Assembly (NCBI GenBank): GCA_965218095.1
Contig: OZ244587.1
Location: 2,816,001 to 2,880,000, forward strand
Direction of reading: 5' to 3'
Source: Candidatus Poribacteria bacterium
GTDB lineage: Bacteria > Poribacteria > WGA-4E > PCPOR2b
DNA length: 64,000 nucleotides
The stretch's first letter is position 1. The number at the start of each line of letters is the position of its first letter. Below the pieces are notes generated by a model. It made no database searches. It saw nothing but the letters and a program-made list of their open reading frames with translations, and was not told the origin of the DNA. Below are positions 43,058 to 52,476 of the stretch, piece after piece. The translations under genes and the position numbers were made by a program.

Positions 43058-43627
43058 ATGATGTTGCGTTTGCTACTGGTGGTTTTGCTTCTCGTTATAA
43101 GTGTGACCTTGGCGGGCGCACCGCAGGCTGACAAGCCGCCGAATGCACTGCCAGATTTAACGCCGCGGGTGGCTGAACCGAAAGCCGAGCCGAAATTCCG
43201 TGTTGAGATGGTAACAGATGATGATGAGGTCGATTTAGATGCAGCGAGCTACATCAAGCGGGAATTACGCAGTTTGGGGGATGTAGAAATCGTTTATGAG
43301 GGGGCAGAGTGGAAATTGCAAGTTCTAGCTAACGAGGATAAAACGAAAAGTGGTCGTAAAATAGGATATTCCATAGCAGTTGCCTTTACAAGGCGTATAC
43401 GCGATAGCTACCCTAATGTGTTTGACTATAATGAGTTACGAAAGTTACTATCTACCGATGTCGTATTTGATTTTGTAGAAATAAGTGTTAGTTATGAGTT
43501 TCAGTCCCTTTACCTCGGGGGTGGGGGTACTGCTGAATTGGACTTAATATGTAAGAATCTTGTCACCACGTTTGATATAAAGCATCTTGAACCAGAGCGT
43601 AAGAAGCGTGTTGAAAATGTCCGCTAA
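43058..43627 (+). CDS. Secreted hypothetical protein (putative cassette gene)
   Basis: AAGGAGG RBS, signal peptide; its TAA stop is the end of the left arm of the 43620 palindrome. Confidence 0.75.
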   Translation: MMLRLLLVVLLLVISVTLAGAPQADKPPNALPDLTPRVAEPKAEPKFRVEMVTDDDEVDLDAASYIKRELRSLGDVEIVYEGAEWKLQVLANEDKTKSGRKIGYSIAVAFTRRIRDSYPNVFDYNELRKLLSTDVVFDFVEISVSYEFQSLYLGGGGTAELDLICKNLVTTFDIKHLEPERKKRVENVR

Positions 43628-43641
43628 GGGTCGTTATCGGA
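43620..43641. repeat. dif-like palindromic site
   Basis: TCCGCTAA-GGGTCG-TTATCGGA with AATG/CATT extension. Confidence 0.75.
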
Positions 43642-43813
43642 CATTAAGGAGGATATTGTGAAAAGGATAAAGGCAATTGGACACTTGTTGTTTAGTTTTC
43701 TTGGGCGCATATCGCGCTGTGAGCGTGTTTAGTGAACCCTCGTTGTCACCGTAACTGTTTTTGAGGCTCAATCTTAACCCACCCCTGTGTAAAATTCATT
43801 GGAGGAAAACGCT

Positions 43814-44317
43814 ATGAGATTCTTTTTTTGTGTGATTGTGATATTGTTGTTGATTGTTGGTTGTGAAAGTTCCGAACAAGTGAATGAGATGGCACCTGAG
43901 CCAGAAGCGAGTGACATGGCACCGGAGCCTACCCCTGAAAATAACTGGGTGGTTGAGTTTATTAAGCCTGAGTGTTGGGCGGCTGTCCCGTCCAATGTGG
44001 ATTGGGAATTGATTGCAACGCTCCAGCGGAATCCGTTAAAGCCCGGAGCGTTTTATATTTTTCCAGAACAAAAGGAAGCAATCAACGTTGCGTACCGTGA
44101 AGGGAAGCATTTCATCTTTGAAATAGGGCGTGAGTACAAAGAAGATTTAGGCTCTAAGATCCGGCACTACATTATACAACCAGAGATACCTTACCAAGAT
44201 AAAGATAAAAATCCTTTGCTGTTGCATTACGAGAAGGAAGGAGGTTTCAAGGACGAGCATCACAGATACTTCTTTATTTCAGTTGGTTGGTACGCATCTT
44301 TGAGGAAGGATCTATGA
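43814..44317 (+). CDS. Hypothetical lipoprotein (putative cassette gene)
   Basis: GGAGG RBS, lipobox LIVGC, MAPEP repeat. Confidence 0.75.
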   Translation: MRFFFCVIVILLLIVGCESSEQVNEMAPEPEASDMAPEPTPENNWVVEFIKPECWAAVPSNVDWELIATLQRNPLKPGAFYIFPEQKEAINVAYREGKHFIFEIGREYKEDLGSKIRHYIIQPEIPYQDKDKNPLLLHYEKEGGFKDEHHRYFFISVGWYASLRKDL

Positions 44318-44362
44318 TGATGGAGATATATGGAATACCCCAGAGGTAGGCTTGGTTGACCA

Positions 44363-44384
44363 TCCTAAAAGCGGTGTTATCGGA
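44363..44384. repeat. dif-like palindromic site (degenerate left arm)
   Basis: TCCTAAAA-GCGGTG-TTATCGGA. Confidence 0.65.
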
Positions 44385-44458
44385 CAGGGAAATAGTTTCA
44401 TCGAGGAATGGGTGCGGTTGTATATTTATGTTAGTCGTGATTAGAAAGGAGAGATTTG

Positions 44459-44818
44459 ATGCCAAAGAAGAAAACTGGCGAATTGACAGTGGTTCATACG
44501 TTTGCTATTAAGCCGTCGCAGTTGAAGGAAATTAGACAAGCGGCATTTGATAGAGATATGTCTATCTCGAAGTATATTTGTAATGCGCTTCGGTACTATC
44601 AGACGGGTTTGATTCTTTTGACTGATGCGGCAAATCTATCGTTTGTGTTAGGGACATTGAAATATATGCCTCGCTATCCTTTAGACGATGTGAGAGTGGG
44701 CGATTTTGTCCTTTATGCGTCTGATGCCCCACTGGAGGCAGACGTAACCCATGCGGCGTTGGTTCAGGGTGTTCAACGGGTAGGCGATAATTTCCGTCAG
44801 CAGATAATTTCTCGTTGA
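44459..44818 (+). CDS. Ribbon-helix-helix-like DNA-binding domain protein
   Basis: AAGGAG RBS; HTFAIKPSQLKEIRQAAFDRDMSISKYICNAL fits the CopG/RHH pattern. Confidence 0.55.
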   Translation: MPKKKTGELTVVHTFAIKPSQLKEIRQAAFDRDMSISKYICNALRYYQTGLILLTDAANLSFVLGTLKYMPRYPLDDVRVGDFVLYASDAPLEADVTHAALVQGVQRVGDNFRQQIISR

Positions 44819-44892
44819 TATCCATTGCTAAAAAATGTGACAGAATTGTAGGTGGTGAAACCGTCTCAATAAAGCGTTTTTATTGAGAAACC

Positions 44893-45067
44893 ATGCGCTT
44901 GACCTCTCGGAACGGAACGGTCGTCAAGGACATATTAACGCTTGATTTTTTGTATTGCGAAGTTGCATGAGGAATCTCTGAAGTCGAACAAGTCCGTGTC
45001 AAAGATTATTCGTGAAGGGCTGGATCTCTATTTTGAAAGAGAAAGGAAGCGCCGGGTATTGCGGTAA
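44893..45067 (+). pseudogene. Frameshifted small RHH protein
   Basis: MRLTSRNGTVVKDILTLDF, then after a T6 run IAKLHEESLKSNKSVSKIIREGLDLYF in another frame. Confidence 0.45.
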
Positions 45068-45192
45068 TACCCGACGGCTTCCGGATGCTATTTGCGAGTT
45101 GCAGCGGGTGGTGTCGGTGCGTATTCCGACGGCTACTCTATTATTCTACAACACTTTCGGCTTTGGTGTCAACCCCAAAACTACTAATAATG

Positions 45193-45214
45193 TTCGGCAA
45201 TAAACATTGTCGGG
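45193..45214. repeat. dif-like palindromic site (degenerate)
   Basis: TTCGGCAA-TAAACA-TTGTCGGG with AATG/CGTT flanks. Confidence 0.5.
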
Positions 45215-45289
45215 CGTTCTTAATTGTGCTAAAATTATGGTAGAAAAGTTTTTGGTGGAGGTTGTTTACTGGTCGCAGGATTGGCGTTA

Positions 45290-45311
45290 TCCTTTAATAC
45301 GCATTATCGGA
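45290..45311. repeat. dif-like palindromic site
   Basis: TCCTTTAA-TACGCA-TTATCGGA. Confidence 0.65.
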
Positions 45312-45495
45312 CATATTCCTGTATCTAACCGCTTGTGCCAAGGTATCAAGGCATAATCGAAAGACAGACGCTCGCCTTACCAGAGCCAAAGCCCAAACGA
45401 CGCTTTTTCCGATGGTTGTAGCCCTCACTATGCGCGGACGCAAGCCCTTTGTGATGAGTGGTTCGTGGACATTGCGGACCGAGAGTCCAAGGATA

Positions 45496-45517
45496 TCCGG
45501 TAACAGGTCTTATCGGA
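45496..45517. repeat. dif-like palindromic site
   Basis: TCCGGTAA-CAGGTC-TTATCGGA with ATA/TAT extension. Confidence 0.75.
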
Positions 45518-45552
45518 TATTTTTCTGATATAAATATAGGAGAAATTCTATT

Positions 45553-46124
45553 ATGAGCAACAGAATCATGACAGGCAAAAATAGCGAACTCAAAAAAGTT
45601 GTCGCGTACACAGACGGAGCTTGTAGCGGCAATCCGGGACCTGGTGGCTACGGAGTTGTCCTTCTATACGACAAACATGAACAAGAGCTATCCGAGGGGT
45701 TTCGGTTAACAACCAATAGTCGCATGGAAATGTGGGCTGCTATAGCTGCACTAGAAGCCCTCAAACCCCAGAAGTGTGCAGTAACAATATACTCGGATTC
45801 AGAATTCTTGGTTAATAGTGTATCACAGGGCTGGGTGTATAAATGGAAAGAAAATGGTTGGAAAAACAAAAATATCAAAAATAAGGAGGTTCCGAATACC
45901 GACTTATGGATGCTACTATTAGAATTGTGTGAACAACATTGCTACTATTAGAATTGTGTGAACAACATGAAGTTAAGTTCGTGTGGGTGAAAGGTCATGA
46001 TGGCAATCCCGGTAATGAGCGTGCGAATCAATTATCAAAGAAAGCGTTAGATCGAGAAAATTTAGGCATTGATAAAATCTATGAAGCAGAGAAAGTTCAA
46101 ATGCCTCAGCCGACTTTGTTTTAA
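45553..46124 (+). pseudogene. rnhA: Ribonuclease HI split by a 29-bp tandem duplication
   Basis: YTDGACSGNPGPGG, TTNSRME, YSDS, PNTDLW, WVKGH..NPGNERA; perfect duplication 45911-45939/45940-45968. Confidence 0.9.
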
Positions 46125-46210
46125 TCTGCGTAATACAGCTTATGGCAGTTGGCATTCTTTCGCGAGGGAGAAGAGTGTATGGCGTACCTGTCAACTGCCG
46201 CCAAAAATAG

Positions 46211-46232
46211 TCCGATAAATGCCATTATCGGA
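46211..46232. repeat. dif-like palindromic site (perfect arms)
   Basis: TCCGATAA-ATGCCA-TTATCGGA. Confidence 0.8.
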
Positions 46233-46259
46233 CAACCTTCCAAAAAGGAGGGATAGACC

Positions 46260-46550
46260 ATGAACCAAAAAACCCTTTTGATAGCCATAGCGACCTTGAT
46301 AGTGGCAATCTTTGCCTTTGCTCAAGTCTACATCATTTTCACAGTTACAACTATCAATGACCGAATCAATAGCGTGGACCAACGGCTAACACACCTTGAG
46401 ACCCGCTTTGATAAGCGATTTACGGCTATTGACCAACGTTTTACAGACCTTGAAACCCGCTTTGATAAGCGATTTGATCTCATTGAAACCCGGCTCGATG
46501 CGCTCAACCAGAACTATATTGATCACCTAGCACACCATATCAAGAAATGA
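46260..46550 (+). CDS. Small membrane-anchored coiled-coil protein
   Basis: AAGGAGG RBS, N-terminal TM, internal DQR.T.LETRFDKRF repeat (54-nt period). Confidence 0.75.
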   Translation: MNQKTLLIAIATLIVAIFAFAQVYIIFTVTTINDRINSVDQRLTHLETRFDKRFTAIDQRFTDLETRFDKRFDLIETRLDALNQNYIDHLAHHIKK

Positions 46551-46642
46551 GTAAGTTGAACCAAAACCACAAGGGAGATATACGTCCCCACGACCCTTTG
46601 TGGCGAAACTTCAAAAGAGGGGGATTTGACAGGAGGCCATTT

Positions 46643-46915
46643 ATGTTTTTGCGTGTTGACGGAGGAGATTATGAAAATGTGATCAATTTAGATAACGTTG
46701 TTAATATCGCAACTCGTTTAGTATCCGAGGGCAACTGTTCCATTCAGGTTTTTATGGTGGATGGTCAGGAATTCACAATTTTCAATAGCGATGAAAAGCG
46801 GTGTATGGCGGTTACTGAGGCGCTTTGGGAATTTATTTTTAATGCTACTCAAGGAGGACCTTCGATAAGCCTAAGCTCTCTTATTAACAAGGCTATCATG
46901 AAAAATATCCGATAA
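46643..46915 (+). CDS. Small hypothetical protein
   Basis: AGGAGG RBS at ~46631; INLDNVVNI motif; TAA stop is the end of the left arm of the 46908 palindrome. Confidence 0.65.
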   Translation: MFLRVDGGDYENVINLDNVVNIATRLVSEGNCSIQVFMVDGQEFTIFNSDEKRCMAVTEALWEFIFNATQGGPSISLSSLINKAIMKNIR

Positions 46916-46930
46916 TGAGATGTTATCGGA
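46908..46930. repeat. dif-like palindromic site (perfect arms, 7-bp spacer)
   Basis: TCCGATAA-TGAGATG-TTATCGGA with AATA/TATT extension. Confidence 0.75.
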
Positions 46931-47351
46931 TATTCATTCGATCAATAGTAAAATAAACCCCTGTCAACCGCTGAGCTAACAAAAAGCGAAGTGTCCGATA
47001 GGATCGGCGAAGATACTGTTATGGTAGGGTTTTGACGATGTACCTTTTTGAAAATCGCCCTTTTCAACTTGAACAACAACACGAAAATAGACATCTGACA
47101 GAAAGCAATGCTCCCAATAGAAACCGATAAATTAGTCCTATCGCTCCTACAGAGCTAGACAATGTAACGGAAGACCGCTATCTATAGACATTTCGACCCT
47201 ACGGGTCAAAAATCTACCCCTATTAGGGAGATATAGAGGGGGGCTTATCAACCGTGCCAAACGGGAAAAAGCAAACCTAAGAACCAGTATAAGAGTGAGG
47301 GGGGAAGTCTTGGTCGGATGGATATGATGTGGGCTCTTTGGTGTTTCAACC

Positions 47352-47460
47352 GTGAACCTGGCAGGAAGATGGGAAGTGAAAGAGAATATGCCAACAGGAA
47401 GAGTGACTCTTGCCACGAGCGTGGGTGATGGGGAGATTTATGCCATTGGAGGACACGGCG
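47352..47460 (+). pseudogene. Single Kelch-repeat fragment
   Basis: W...ENMPTGR..LATSV.DGEIYAIGG. Confidence 0.5.
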
Positions 47461-47490
47461 TATTACGGGTGGACATCGGAGGAGATCGCA

Positions 47491-47754
47491 ATGACAATTC
47501 GTTCCATAACGACATTCCTAACGCTTCTTGGCGCCATCGCGTTAATCGGTTGCGCCGATAATCCCACAGACTTGGAAAATTCAGCACAGCTCGCGGACAC
47601 GAAGATTGCTTTTTTGTCGGACCGCGATGGCAACCCTGACATCTATGTGATGAACGCCGACGAGTCTAATCCCGTCAACCTCACCAATCACCTAGAAGAC
47701 GACTTTTCTCCCTCTTGGCTTCCGGCGGACTCCAACGCTAACATGGGACATTAA
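47491..47754 (+). CDS. Short lipoprotein with one TolB/PD40-like repeat (probably truncated)
   Basis: GGAGGAG RBS, lipobox ALIGC, KIAFLSDRDGNPDIYVMNAD...NLT...PSW. Confidence 0.65.
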   Translation: MTIRSITTFLTLLGAIALIGCADNPTDLENSAQLADTKIAFLSDRDGNPDIYVMNADESNPVNLTNHLEDDFSPSWLPADSNANMGH

Positions 47755-47840
47755 CTCTGATGGTCCACTATCAACGGGGGATTCGCTGATCCTGAAGCCT
47801 AGGTGTGACAATGAGAATTTTGTCAAATAAAATCGACGTC

Positions 47841-50824
47841 ATGAAGCAATTCTGCTGGATTTTCGCCTTATGTGCTGTATCGGGCGTCACAATTTTCGGC
47901 GTGATTGCACAAAGAAGCCCCGCTCAGTCTAATGAAAATACCCACCCACTTGTGCGAGATGTTCGCATTATTCCTGCGCCCATCACGGAATCAGTCAATT
48001 CCCAGGAGAAGTTGACGATATCGACGCCCCATACATCCAGAGATTGGCAGTCCATTATCAAATCCGTAGGCATCCAACCCGATTCGGAAAAATGTGTCGA
48101 TTGTCACTTCGAGGGACAATCCCCGACACAAGTACATCCGGGAAACCATCTGCGCCTCCATTCCCCTGATATATTTGGCTGTATCCTTTGCCATGGTGGG
48201 GATGCGCAAGCCACCGAGACGCAAGCAGCGCATTCCTCTGCGAAGGCATTTCCCTTCATGAGGGGACGCCAAATTGAAGCGAATTGTGGCAAATGCCATA
48301 CCGAGCCTACGGTGCCGGGTGCGCATTCGCTCTCCGGTGGACGATTTGTCCTCAATAGATACGGCTGCGTGACCTGTCACGACCTGCCCATAGAAATTCC
48401 GGCCGCACGATATGCCCCCCGTCTTGATTATATTGGCAATAAAGTCACCAGGGAATGGCTGGGGGATTGGCTTGAAGATCCAACGGTTTATCTTCCGAAA
48501 TCGAAGATGCCCAAAATTGAGGGAGTGCACGCGAGTGAGCGTGACGCAATTATCGAATTTCTTCTGACCTTACGGAATGATGCGCTATTCCAACCGATTG
48601 CTGGGAAAGGAAACGCCGGAAATGGAGAGAAGCTCTTCACCGCGGAAGAATGTCAATCGTGTCATGCCGTACAAGGCGTCGGTGACAAGATTGGTCCCGC
48701 ACTGGATCGGGTTGGGGAGAAGGTGAACCGCTTGTGGCTCATGAACTACCTCCGAAATCCGGCAAAGTTCCATCCAAACACGAAGATGCCGGAGTACGAG
48801 TTTTCAGATCAAGCGATCTTGGATCTCACCGAGTATTTACTGACGCATGTTTCCGATGGGGTAACCGTTTTGGAAAAATTTCCAGATGTTTCGCCCAACC
48901 CGACTAAAGCCTGTGAAGGGTTCAAGCTGTACATCAATAAGGGGTGCGCCCAGTGCCACGGGATTACGAAATATATGAAGGTGAACATCACCGAGCAGAT
49001 CCGGAAAACAGAGATTCACGAAGTGATTGAGCGGATTCAGACACATCGGGGGAGGGGGGCCAAAGTCCCAGAAATCGATATTCCAGCATCGGATCTGGAA
49101 TTGATGAAGAGCGCCCTTTTAGCGATACAACAAAATGACATCTATAAAGATCTCTCATACAATTTGGCGGAAGGCACGTTGGGAAACCCAAATCGATTTT
49201 TAGAATCGTTCTGGCAGTTTCCAATAACCCCCCAAGGTGAGCCGCCAGATTATTACAATGAAACGGTCGCGAAACTTTCACCGGAGTCATGTGGAAGTTG
49301 TCACATCAAACAGTGGGAGGACTGGAAAACAACCCGTCATGCAATGGCGATGGGGCCTGGGGTTTGGGGCGGGTTAATCGGGGCCGCGCCCGATTTCGTC
49401 GAGAGTTGCTCGGAATATCACGTGCCATTGTCCGAACAACACGAATATTTGCCAGCGTCAGATGGAGGATACGCTGAAAATCAACAGTATGACGCACAAC
49501 TCCAATCGCACGGGATTACCTGTGCCGCCTGCCACCTTCGAGGACATCAACGCTTTGGGCCTTCTTTCTCGGAAACCGCGGCAGCGGCAAGTATCTTCGG
49601 TGAGGGACATCATGGGGGAGCAGTTGTGAGTCGTGCGTATCAGGATTCGGCTTTCTGCAAATCGTGTCACCAATTCGAGGAGGGTGAGGCGAGTCTGAAC
49701 GGGAAACTTCTGGAAAACACATACAACGAATGGCTCCAAAGCCCCCATGCCAAAAACGGTGAAACCTGTCAGTCGTGTCACATGCCAGGGCGCCAACATC
49801 GGTTTCGAGGCATTCATGACCCCGAAATCGTACGAAAAGCCGTAAAATTGAGTGTTCAGATGAAAAATCAGCGGGAAAGGATCGAAGCCGAGATTCAGTT
49901 GACGAATGAGGGAGCAGGTCATCACTTACCGACATACGCGGCGCCGGCGATTTTTGTCACTGTGCGACTGCTGGATTCGGCTGGAAATCCCATCCCCAGA
50001 ACAAAGCAGGTGCGGGCGATTCAACGCCGGGTGCCTTCAAGCCAGGACCGAGAAATATTCGATACTCGCATCCCCGCCGGAGGAACTTGGATCTATGATT
50101 ATAAAATCTCCCGTCCTGAACGCGCCGAAACCCTTGAGCTCTGGATTGATGTGCATCCGGACCATTTTTACAACGGATTTTTCAAGGCATACCGCGCCAA
50201 TAGGGCAGCACAACCGTACATTGATAAAGCCCTTGAGAGCATTAAACAGAGCCCGTACCTGTTGCTGACGAAGCACATCCCCTTGGATGTTTCTTCATCT
50301 CAAGAGACTGCAACCCAATCTCTTGAAACAGCAGAAAGCTATAACAATCTAGGGGTTGCCTACCAAAAGCGGGGGGAGTTGGAGGAGGCGATCGGAGCGT
50401 TCAAAACGGCGATCAGTATTGACCCGAACCTGGCAGAAGCACATGTCAATTTGGGGAATGGCTATGGCATGCAAGGCAGGCTCGACGATGCCCTTGTAGC
50501 GTTTAAGGAGGCAATTCGCATCGACCCAAACCTCGCGGGGGTGTATAGCATCTGGGACATATCTACGGTATGCAAGGCCGGCTTGATGAAGCCATTGTCC
50601 AGTATAAGAAGGGGATTGCTATCAACCCTGACTATACAACAGCACATTATAATCTTGCCTGTGCCTATTCTCTCAAAAATGAGAAGACTTTAGCTATAGA
50701 AACCCTTCAGAAAGCCATAACGCTAGATCAGAAATACATTGAAATCTCCAAAACGGATAGCGATTTTGATAATATCCGTGAGAGTCGAGAGTTTCAGCAG
50801 CTTATCAACTCAGTTGAACATTAG
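47841..50824 (+). CDS. Multiheme c-type cytochrome with C-terminal TPR repeats; frameshift near 50550
   Basis: Signal peptide, ten CxxCH motifs plus degenerate CSEYH; TPRs (YNNLG, HVNLG, HYNLAC) continue in ORF 50570-50824. Confidence 0.85.
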
Positions 50825-50847
50825 CCGCGTTTCAAAGGAGGCGCACG

Positions 50848-52305
50848 ATGGGAGCAAATGAATCTTCAGGATATGTTGTGGAGCCAGAAAAGCAAGTGCC
50901 GATTGCCTACGACGTGGATGTGGCAGTGGTAGGTGCCGGAATCGCCGGGCTATTTGCCGCACTTGCCGCAGGAAAGCAGGGGGCAAAGACCCTCCTGATC
51001 GATCGCTTTGCGAGTCTAGGCGGCAATATCGGACCGGCGATGATCGCCCTTGGATCGCTCTATGGCGAGGCAGACGTCACGCTGGTCGGTGGCTTATCCG
51101 GTCTTCCCAAAACACTGATTGACCGTTTGGAGGCCAAGCGCACTGTCCCGGGGACCAACTACGCAGATGAGACCAACCTTGTCTCATACCTCGGTGTCAG
51201 GATGGCCGAAGAATTTGGTGTGGAGCTGCTGCTTGCGGTGTGGGCGGCAGACCCGATCATTGAAGGCGACCAGGTCAGCGGACTGTTTGTCGAGGGCAAA
51301 TCGGGGCGGGTCGCGGTGAAAGCCAAGGTGGTCATTGATGCGTCGGCTGACGTGGACATTGCACGCAGGGCCGGGGCGCCGGTCATCACCGGTTCGCCCC
51401 CCGATCCGTCGTATGCACCGCTCGTCCACCCCCAGTACCGACGACCCGAATACCGGGTATGGAACGATACAGCACTGTTCTACATCACTGCCAACATTGA
51501 CTTTGAGGCTTATGAAGCGTTCACGGACAGCCAGGTGACACTCAGTGAGACGGATCGGGAATGGTTGAGACAATACCGGAATCTGGGCGGGTTTCCCCTG
51601 CCACTTTTGCCCAGATTGCGCCAGGCGTGGGAAAGCGGAGAATTTCAGCATGCAAAAGATCTCGAGCCAAGAGTTCATATTGAGAGTGTCGCCATTGGGC
51701 GGTTTGGTGATCGGCTTGGAAGGAGTTATATAAACGCCCGTGGCGAGATTCGCCGTGAAGATATGAAACAGCATTCACGACTGGAGGCCGCGGTGCGGGT
51801 GCATGCCTACGAAACCGTACAGTTCTACCGTAACCATGTGCCAGGCTTCGAGGGGGCTTACTTGCTGTTCACAGCCCCCTACTTCGGGGCGCGGGGCGGC
51901 CCCTGCATTGATGCAGAACAGACCATCACCCCCTCCGAAGCCTACACCGGCCAGAAATTCGACGATGTAATGTTTCGGAACATCCACGAGGGCCAGCAGA
52001 TGCATGGGGGCGAGAAATCAGGGTTCGATGTCCCCTATCGGATGATTCTTCCCAAAGGGGTAGATGGACTGCTGGTCACCGGACGCGGCTCGGGCTATAT
52101 TCGCCGTGGTCATGACCCCACAGGCATGCGCGCACGGCCCGCCATTATGGTCTTAGGCGAAGCGAGTGGCATCGCCGCAGCTCTGGCTGTGAAGCAAGAC
52201 GGTACGCCAAAGACTCTCAATGTCAAGGCCCTGCAACAGGAGATGCTGCGGCAGGGAGCGTTTCTGGGGGATGAGGCACGGCTCACTGAACTCGGGTTGC
52301 GCTAG
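50848..52305 (+). CDS. FAD-dependent oxidoreductase
   Basis: DVAVVGAGIAG, AKVVIDASAD, VPYR..LPK..DGLLVTGR, GEASGIAAALA. Confidence 0.9.
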   Translation: MGANESSGYVVEPEKQVPIAYDVDVAVVGAGIAGLFAALAAGKQGAKTLLIDRFASLGGNIGPAMIALGSLYGEADVTLVGGLSGLPKTLIDRLEAKRTVPGTNYADETNLVSYLGVRMAEEFGVELLLAVWAADPIIEGDQVSGLFVEGKSGRVAVKAKVVIDASADVDIARRAGAPVITGSPPDPSYAPLVHPQYRRPEYRVWNDTALFYITANIDFEAYEAFTDSQVTLSETDREWLRQYRNLGGFPLPLLPRLRQAWESGEFQHAKDLEPRVHIESVAIGRFGDRLGRSYINARGEIRREDMKQHSRLEAAVRVHAYETVQFYRNHVPGFEGAYLLFTAPYFGARGGPCIDAEQTITPSEAYTGQKFDDVMFRNIHEGQQMHGGEKSGFDVPYRMILPKGVDGLLVTGRGSGYIRRGHDPTGMRARPAIMVLGEASGIAAALAVKQDGTPKTLNVKALQQEMLRQGAFLGDEARLTELGLR

Positions 52306-52476
52306 TAAAGCGCGGCGTAAGTTTCGACCTCACTCCCGAAAACCGTGATCCCGATCGAAGATCGGGGTTTAGCATTGGGTGTCATATCGAGCATTCCTAT
52401 CAACCAGATGAGAAGGAGATCTCCAATGCCTTTGAAAAAGAATTCAGAAGACCGTTCTTCAGTTGAGGAATCGCCA

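Noticed and set aside
43031-47142. CRISPR array or classical integron attC array
   Set aside because: Spacing is irregular (about 100-830 bp) with whole genes between sites, the repeat centre is variable, there are no cas or intI genes, and no RYYYAAC...GTTRRRY boundaries were seen
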